The translations under genes were made by a program, and so were the position numbers. From the IMG/VR virus record IMGVR_UViG_3300030060_004561, positions 1 through 50,734 of that record: 50,734 nt of DNA. One strand, 5' to 3'. Under the pieces are notes generated by a model, which worked only from the letters and a program-made list of their open reading frames with translations, made no database searches and was not told the DNA's origin. The stretch comes from a virus (lineage: Duplodnaviria; Caudoviricetes). Numbering within the stretch: the stretch's first letter is position 1; every line of letters begins with the position of its first letter. Positions 45,071 through 50,734 of this stretch are shown piece by piece.

Positions 45071-46246
45071 ATGTCTAAAGTCTTAGGAAACTCTAACGTA
45101 GATGGTGCTAGTTTCGAGGGGGTAGTGTCCCAAGTCTCAAGCACTCAAATTCTCCAGTCTCAACCCAGCTGGGTTTTTGGTACCCCAACTGAGATTGCCG
45201 CTGGCGGTTCTCCCACTGTTTCTGTAACTGGAGATTACCCGAATCAAACAATCACATTTGGATTGGTTGCGGGAGCCACTGGAGCGCAAGGAATACAGGG
45301 AGAGACCGGAGCCGCTGGTGCCGCTGGTGCCGATGGTTCAGATGGTGCCGATGGTTCAGATGGTTCAGATGGTTCAGATGGTTCAGATGGTTCAGATGGA
45401 GCCGATGGTTCAGATGGTGCAGATGCGGCCACTCCCAACTGGACTTTACAGACTTCAACTGTATCGGCTGGCGGCACACCTACGGTCAGCGCAACCGGAA
45501 CATATCCAAATCAAACAATTACGTTTGGCCTTGTTACTGGAAGCGCGGGAGCTGATGGAGCTGATGGAGCTGATGGAGCTGATGGCAGTAATGGCACGAA
45601 CGGAACAAATGGTAGTGACGGCACAGGATTCACTGGGGGAAGTTACAACTCATCCAACGGTATAGTAACTTTTACATCTGATGACGGGCTAGGGTTTACA
45701 ACGGGTGATTTAAGGGGAGCAGACGGGGCAGATGGAGCAGATGGCAGTAACGGCACGAACGGCAGTAACGGCACGAACGGCAGTAACGGCACGAACGGTA
45801 GTGACGGCACAGGATTTACCGGAGGAAGTTACAACTCTTCCAACGGCATAGTAACTTTTACATCTGATGACGGGCTAGGGTTTACAACGGGTGATTTAAG
45901 AGGAGCAGACGGAGCTGACGGTGCTGACGGTGCTGACGGTGCTGACTCAACCGTAGCTGGCCCAGCGGGAGCTGACGGTGCTGACGGTGCTGACGGTGCT
46001 GACGGATTGGGAGTTCCATCAGGAGGCAGCACTAATCAAGTGCTGGCAAAAGCCAGCAACACAGACAACGACACAGCTTGGGTAGATAACACGGGTGGCC
46101 ACGCCATCAAGGACGAGGGAGGCTCTGCCTTAACAACTAGAGCTAATATGACCTTTATAGGTGAGTTAGTTGCTGCTACAGACAACAGCTCAACAACATC
46201 AACTGATATTACAATGGACGCCAAGACAGCTTGGCTTTACGGATAA
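45071..46246 (+). CDS. Collagen-like (Gly-X-Y) tail fibre protein
   Basis: GAD/GSD/GTN triplet runs; VPSGGSTNQVLAKASNTDNDTAWVD motif. Confidence 0.85.
   Translation: MSKVLGNSNVDGASFEGVVSQVSSTQILQSQPSWVFGTPTEIAAGGSPTVSVTGDYPNQTITFGLVAGATGAQGIQGETGAAGAAGADGSDGADGSDGSDGSDGSDGSDGADGSDGADAATPNWTLQTSTVSAGGTPTVSATGTYPNQTITFGLVTGSAGADGADGADGADGSNGTNGTNGSDGTGFTGGSYNSSNGIVTFTSDDGLGFTTGDLRGADGADGADGSNGTNGSNGTNGSNGTNGSDGTGFTGGSYNSSNGIVTFTSDDGLGFTTGDLRGADGADGADGADGADSTVAGPAGADGADGADGADGLGVPSGGSTNQVLAKASNTDNDTAWVDNTGGHAIKDEGGSALTTRANMTFIGELVAATDNSSTTSTDITMDAKTAWLYG
45611..45912 (+). repeat. 116-bp coding direct repeat (45611-45726 and 45797-45912)
   Basis: Both copies encode GSDGTGFTGGSYNSSNGIVTFTSDDGLGFTTGDLRGAD; the differences seen are synonymous. 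Confidence 0.9.
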
Positions 46247-46575
46247 TGGCCACAACACACAAAAAACTAGCCAGCGTTCAGCTCGGCTCATCGGCTGGGG
46301 ACATCTACGCCCCCAGCGTCTATGGTATGGTAAAAACTATCGTGCTTCACAATACCAGCAGCGCGAGCAAGCACGCCACAATCTATTTCGGCACAGCATC
46401 AAACGCAGCCGACAAGATTCTAAGAGTCACCTTAGAGGGTTACGAAACATTAGAGTGGGGGTGCCAGCATATGATCGTCGTAGACGGAACATCTTCTAGC
46501 GGGGTCAAGCTGAGTGGCGAGGCCGAAGACGCATCAACAGTTAATTGCTTCATATTTGGAGCGGAGGAATCTTAA
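46246..46575 (+). CDS. Small virion/tail-associated protein
   Basis: TAATG coupling; VKTIVLHNT...VNCFIFGAE motif. Confidence 0.7.
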   Translation: MATTHKKLASVQLGSSAGDIYAPSVYGMVKTIVLHNTSSASKHATIYFGTASNAADKILRVTLEGYETLEWGCQHMIVVDGTSSSGVKLSGEAEDASTVNCFIFGAEES

Positions 46576-46576
46576 T

Positions 46577-47056
46577 ATGGCATTTAGTACATCATCAATA
46601 GCAGCAATTAAGGGTGAGACTGGCGCACAGGGGCCAGCGGGGAATGACGGAGCAGCTGGAGCAGCTGGAGAAACAGGCCCGGCTGGCACAGTAAACACCG
46701 CCACGGACTACACTTGGACTAACAGCAACAGGGCTACTCCCGTTGGTGAAAACGATGGCAGCTTCGACTTGGATAATGGGCAAAACTTTACTTGCACACC
46801 ATCTGCCGCAGTCGCCCTTACGTTCACGTCTGACACCAGCGGTAGCGGTAGCGGAGCGTTAAGCTCAACCCAATCGGGCCAGTCTGGCTTTATACTGCTG
46901 GATAATGGGGGCGCAGCCAAAGCTCACACCTCAGCTTCGACCACATTTCACGATGCTGATTTTCTGACGACCATCGGCGGCACAGGTAAATACCTAATCA
47001 GCTATTTATGCGATGGAACCAACGTCTATTGCTCAACAACTAAGTTATTAACCTAA
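46577..47056 (+). CDS. Tail-associated protein with a short collagen segment
   Basis: GETGAQGPAG; FDLDNGQNF...GQSGFI...YLISY.CDGTNVY. Confidence 0.7.
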   Translation: MAFSTSSIAAIKGETGAQGPAGNDGAAGAAGETGPAGTVNTATDYTWTNSNRATPVGENDGSFDLDNGQNFTCTPSAAVALTFTSDTSGSGSGALSSTQSGQSGFILLDNGGAAKAHTSASTTFHDADFLTTIGGTGKYLISYLCDGTNVYCSTTKLLT

Positions 47057-50000
47057 TGGCTTGCTTCCAAACAGGATTAGCTGGGAAGAGTGCGGCTGGG
47101 ACTGCCCCAGACGACCCTGTGACCCGTTCGCTGCGGTTTGATGGCAGCTCGTACCTTTCGTTTACGCCATCGTCCGCAACCTCAACACGGCAGAAAGCGG
47201 TAATTAATTTTTGGTTTAAACTAGCAGAGCCAGAGTCAAGTTCTACTAGAAACACTTACCTCTTTACCGCAGGAACAGTGCAAGGAACCCCAACAGAATG
47301 GTTTGGAATAAATTATGGTGCATCAACAAATAAAATAACTATTGGTGCTGCCTTCGGGTCTGCTGGCGGTGCAACAACCGAAGCTGTGTTTCGTGATTAC
47401 AGTTCGTGGTACAACCTGCACCTCATCGTAGATACGACTGAATCATCCGACTCCAACAAGTTTAAGCTGTACATAAACGGGGTGCTACAAACGCTTACCG
47501 GAACATTTCCCACCCTAAACTCCAACCTCCATATAGGCTCGGACAAGCCCCACCGATTCGGATGGCAAACCAGTAGTTACCACGGAACCACATACAGCCC
47601 ACAGGTGTACATTGCCAATGCGTATCTTTTGGAAAACTCCACGCTACCTTTTACAGATTTCATCGAGGACACAGGATTTGGAAGTTACAAACCAAAAGCA
47701 ACCAGCGGCTTAACTTTTGGAAACAACGGCTGGCACATCGACGCACAGCCAGCCCACGATGCCGACCTCCTCGTATCTTCCATTGACCGTAACCAAGGCG
47801 ACACGTTGTTTGCTGACGCAGCGAAGGGGCATGTGCTGACTTCCACAGGTTCACCAAAGCATAGCATTGCCGTAGGCAATCCTTTCACTGGCGACGACAG
47901 GTCGATGTTCTTTGATGGCACAGACGATTACATAAAAGTCGCAAGTGCATCCTCTGACTTCGCTTTCGGCACATCAGACTATACTATCGAAGGCTGGTTT
48001 AACTTTTCCCACCTCACTGGGATACAGACAATATGTGACCTTCGTCCCACTAACTCGATTGACAGCGCACGCTCTTTTTTCGGCACAACCGGAAGTGGAT
48101 TATATGTTTACCTAAACTCCACTAACACTACTTTAGCCCCTAGTGGAAGTTTGACTATAGACCGTTGGCATCATATCGCTTTAGTCAGGTCTAGCAGTAG
48201 CTTAAAATGTTATGTTGATGGAGAACTTAAAGGGACTATTAGTTCGTCAACAAACCACAGCACGGACGGCACTCCGCATTTAGGCTCAACTAACCCTTCC
48301 CCAAACCATGAGGGGATTCTTTCGGGTTACATTTACGACTTTAGAATCATTAACGGAACTGCGGCGTACACTGGGGAGTTCACTCCGCCAAGTGGAAAAC
48401 TTACGGCCACTGGAGGAGTTTACCCCAGCACTACAAACGTAAACACATCCATCACTTCAAGCCACACTAAGCTGCTTATACAGCCCGACAAGAACGATAG
48501 CTCCATAGGTGACGAGACATCGAACCACACCATCACAACATCCGGGGCACTGATTGCTGGGTCTAGCTCGTATGAAGACAAAGCTAAATCAACTGCGATG
48601 TACTTTGATGGGAATGGTGACACGATTGCATCGGCGGCATCTAGCGACTTTGCGTTTGGGACAGGGGATTTTACCGTAGAAGGCTGGTACTACTTTCAGT
48701 CCATTCCGAGTAGCACTGATGCAATGCTGGTTGATTTCCGCCCAACCAATAGTGAGACAAGTACATCGTTTGCATTTTCAACGGACACAACGAATGGAGT
48801 AAAGGTCTACTCTGGTGGAGACAACCAGCTAGGAGGTTCGCTGTCGTTAAACACTTGGCATCACATTGCTTTGGTCAGAGATAGTGGAACACTTTACGTC
48901 TACATTGATGGAACTGCCACCGGAACTACGCAAACCTTAACTGCGGATTTAAGCACTAACGGCACTCCGAGGCTGGGCGCAACGGCTGATGCGGGAACGA
49001 GTGCTGTCTTTACTGGTTATATCTTTGATGTTCGTGTTACGAAGGGCACAGCCCGTTACACCAGCGGATTCACCACACCATCAGCCCCATTCGAGCTGAA
49101 CCCCGTCTATCTTGGCGGTGACCAATCGAGTAACAAAAATCATTTTACGCCAACAGGCATTGATTCAACGGACATCCGAACAGACGTACCCACCGACTCC
49201 TTCTGCGTGTTGTCGCCAATCGACAAAGGCGGCGGCGTCACTCTGTCAGAGGGGAACCTAAAGGCTAACTTTAATAATAATTGGAAAAACGTGCGCGGAA
49301 CTATGGGGGCTACGTCTGGTAAGTTTTATTTTGAGGTTATCGGAACCATAGACGCTAATAATCGGTGGAACTCTGGGATTGATATAAACCAAAAGTGTGA
49401 GGTTCGTACCTACGGCAGCAACACTGGTTCAATCGTTTACGCGCTTTACGATGGTAAAATATACAACGGCACTGGCTCCGCTGGCGGCATTGGAAACAGC
49501 GAAAACTCATCTTACTATGAAACTGGCACTCAAGACCAATCTGAAACTAACGCCCGTATTGGGGTGGCCGTAGACATTGACGCTGGAAAGGTATGGTTTC
49601 GATTCAATAACGGAAGCTGGGAAAACTCTGGCGGCGACCCGACCAACGCAAGTGCCAATGGGACAGTAACATTTACAGCAAACTCATTAGTGCAGCCGTT
49701 AATCGGTGGATATTCAGCCAGCGGAACATCTTGCAACGCCACCTTTTACTTTCAAGAGTCTGAATGGACTGACACTGCTCCAGCGGATTACGGAGAATGG
49801 AAAACATCTAGGCTCGCTGCCCCAACCGCTACTCCCGCATCCCATTTTAATACTGTATTATACAACGGGACATACGATAGTTATTACGGCGTTGGGACAT
49901 CCTCTCAGTCAATTACAGGTGTCGGATTTTCACCGGGCATAGTGTGGGTCAAGGACAGGGACGGTTTATCGGCTACCTATAGCAATAGCTACAACGGACA

Positions 50001-50734
50001 TTACTGGCTCGATACTCTGCTAGGTACGGGCGGTGCGTTTAATGTTGATAGAGATAATAGTTCCCATTCGGGAACCAGTTTAGCTTCGGGTGAGGATGGA
50101 ATTAGCTCATTCGATTCAGATGGATTTACAGTCGATGAGGCTGAAGAGACGAACTTTTTAGCGGACTTGTATGGTAACGGCGCGGTTACGTTTGCAGAAA
50201 GATATGTAGCGTGGTGCTGGAAGCTAGGCACAACCGCAAGTAGCTGGAGTGGAGGGGGACAAGACCCAGACACAGAGCATTACAATTCGGATGCTGGTAT
50301 ATCGATTATAAATTACTACGATGTCGATGGTAACGGAACATCAATTAGCATAAATCACAGTTTAGGTGAGGCTCCAGAGTTTGCAATTTCAATGGACTAT
50401 GGGGATTATACCGGAGGCCACCACGTTTGGCATAAGGATTTAACTGCTAACAATTATTTAGATTTATCCGGTACTGGAGCACAATCGTCCGACAGTTCCT
50501 ATTTCCCGTCCTCGCCAGCTACCAATACAACTTTTACGGGTGGGTCAAGCATTGTTGACAGTAACACAAGCCACATTGTGCTGTTCCGTTCGGTTGAAGG
50601 CTTTAGCAAGTTCGGGAAATACACGGGCAATGGAAATTCGGGTGATGCCGCGCCATTTATCTACACCGGATTCCGACCAAGGTGGATTATGGTGAAGCCC
50701 ATTGATGACTCCTACGCTTGGTACATTCACGATA
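47056..50734 (+). CDS. Large LamG (ConA-like) / SPRY tail fibre or receptor-binding protein; continues to 319 (1298 aa in total)
   Basis: TAATG coupling; MACFQTG...RSLRFDGSSYL; FRDYSSWYNL; two FDG..D/WHHIALVR LamG modules; SPRY-like SGKFYFEV. Absent from the ORF track because it lacks a stop inside the window. Confidence 0.9.
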   Translation, partial: MACFQTGLAGKSAAGTAPDDPVTRSLRFDGSSYLSFTPSSATSTRQKAVINFWFKLAEPESSSTRNTYLFTAGTVQGTPTEWFGINYGASTNKITIGAAFGSAGGATTEAVFRDYSSWYNLHLIVDTTESSDSNKFKLYINGVLQTLTGTFPTLNSNLHIGSDKPHRFGWQTSSYHGTTYSPQVYIANAYLLENSTLPFTDFIEDTGFGSYKPKATSGLTFGNNGWHIDAQPAHDADLLVSSIDRNQGDTLFADAAKGHVLTSTGSPKHSIAVGNPFTGDDRSMFFDGTDDYIKVASASSDFAFGTSDYTIEGWFNFSHLTGIQTICDLRPTNSIDSARSFFGTTGSGLYVYLNSTNTTLAPSGSLTIDRWHHIALVRSSSSLKCYVDGELKGTISSSTNHSTDGTPHLGSTNPSPNHEGILSGYIYDFRIINGTAAYTGEFTPPSGKLTATGGVYPSTTNVNTSITSSHTKLLIQPDKNDSSIGDETSNHTITTSGALIAGSSSYEDKAKSTAMYFDGNGDTIASAASSDFAFGTGDFTVEGWYYFQSIPSSTDAMLVDFRPTNSETSTSFAFSTDTTNGVKVYSGGDNQLGGSLSLNTWHHIALVRDSGTLYVYIDGTATGTTQTLTADLSTNGTPRLGATADAGTSAVFTGYIFDVRVTKGTARYTSGFTTPSAPFELNPVYLGGDQSSNKNHFTPTGIDSTDIRTDVPTDSFCVLSPIDKGGGVTLSEGNLKANFNNNWKNVRGTMGATSGKFYFEVIGTIDANNRWNSGIDINQKCEVRTYGSNTGSIVYALYDGKIYNGTGSAGGIGNSENSSYYETGTQDQSETNARIGVAVDIDAGKVWFRFNNGSWENSGGDPTNASANGTVTFTANSLVQPLIGGYSASGTSCNATFYFQESEWTDTAPADYGEWKTSRLAAPTATPASHFNTVLYNGTYDSYYGVGTSSQSITGVGFSPGIVWVKDRDGLSATYSNSYNGHYWLDTLLGTGGAFNVDRDNSSHSGTSLASGEDGISSFDSDGFTVDEAEETNFLADLYGNGAVTFAERYVAWCWKLGTTASSWSGGGQDPDTEHYNSDAGISIINYYDVDGNGTSISINHSLGEAPEFAISMDYGDYTGGHHVWHKDLTANNYLDLSGTGAQSSDSSYFPSSPATNTTFTGGSSIVDSNTSHIVLFRSVEGFSKFGKYTGNGNSGDAAPFIYTGFRPRWIMVKPIDDSYAWYIHD
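50637..50734. repeat. Terminal direct repeat (copy 2)
   Basis: Identical to 4-101. Confidence 0.95.

Noticed and set aside
45611-45912. DGR template/variable repeat pair
   Set aside because: Both copies are in-frame in one gene, the differences are synonymous and not adenine-specific, and no reverse transcriptase is present.

Overview
The window appears to be a complete, circularly permuted genome of about 50.6 kb from a tailed dsDNA phage: positions 4-101 are identical to 50637-50734, and one 1298-aa LamG/SPRY tail gene runs across the join. It is podovirus-like (tail tubular-like proteins, three ejection-like proteins including a 3331-aa giant, no tape measure or sheath gene) and probably temperate (tyrosine integrase). 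The host is possibly marine Verrucomicrobiota/PVC, which is an inference from integrase motifs. Modules: tail/virion genes (45071-end and 1-20177, +); an early/accessory operon (20137-28144, -); a lone TerS-like gene (28396, +); an integrase-RHH-DnaB-RusA-SSB-Cas4-like-initiator replication operon (28893-35751, -); capsid and lysis genes (35980-39000, +); and TerL-portal-scaffold (39001-45013, -). The main finding is in the early operon. A stand-alone Cas7/RAMP-like gene (24288-25031) and a partner gene (23708-24247) are followed directly by a roughly 670-nt non-coding array. The array is built from phased pentamers (a near-constant GGY-type triplet plus a variable dinucleotide) and is cut into 12 units by a GGCAGTC delimiter, making it a candidate non-CRISPR RNA-guided system. 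The same operon carries 11 copies of a 20-bp palindrome CTTAAGTC-RNNY-GACTTAAG, two of which bracket a candidate 220-nt structured RNA. The RusA-like gene has its catalytic motif in a different reading frame from its termini. All family calls are by-eye motif recognition; no database searches were run.
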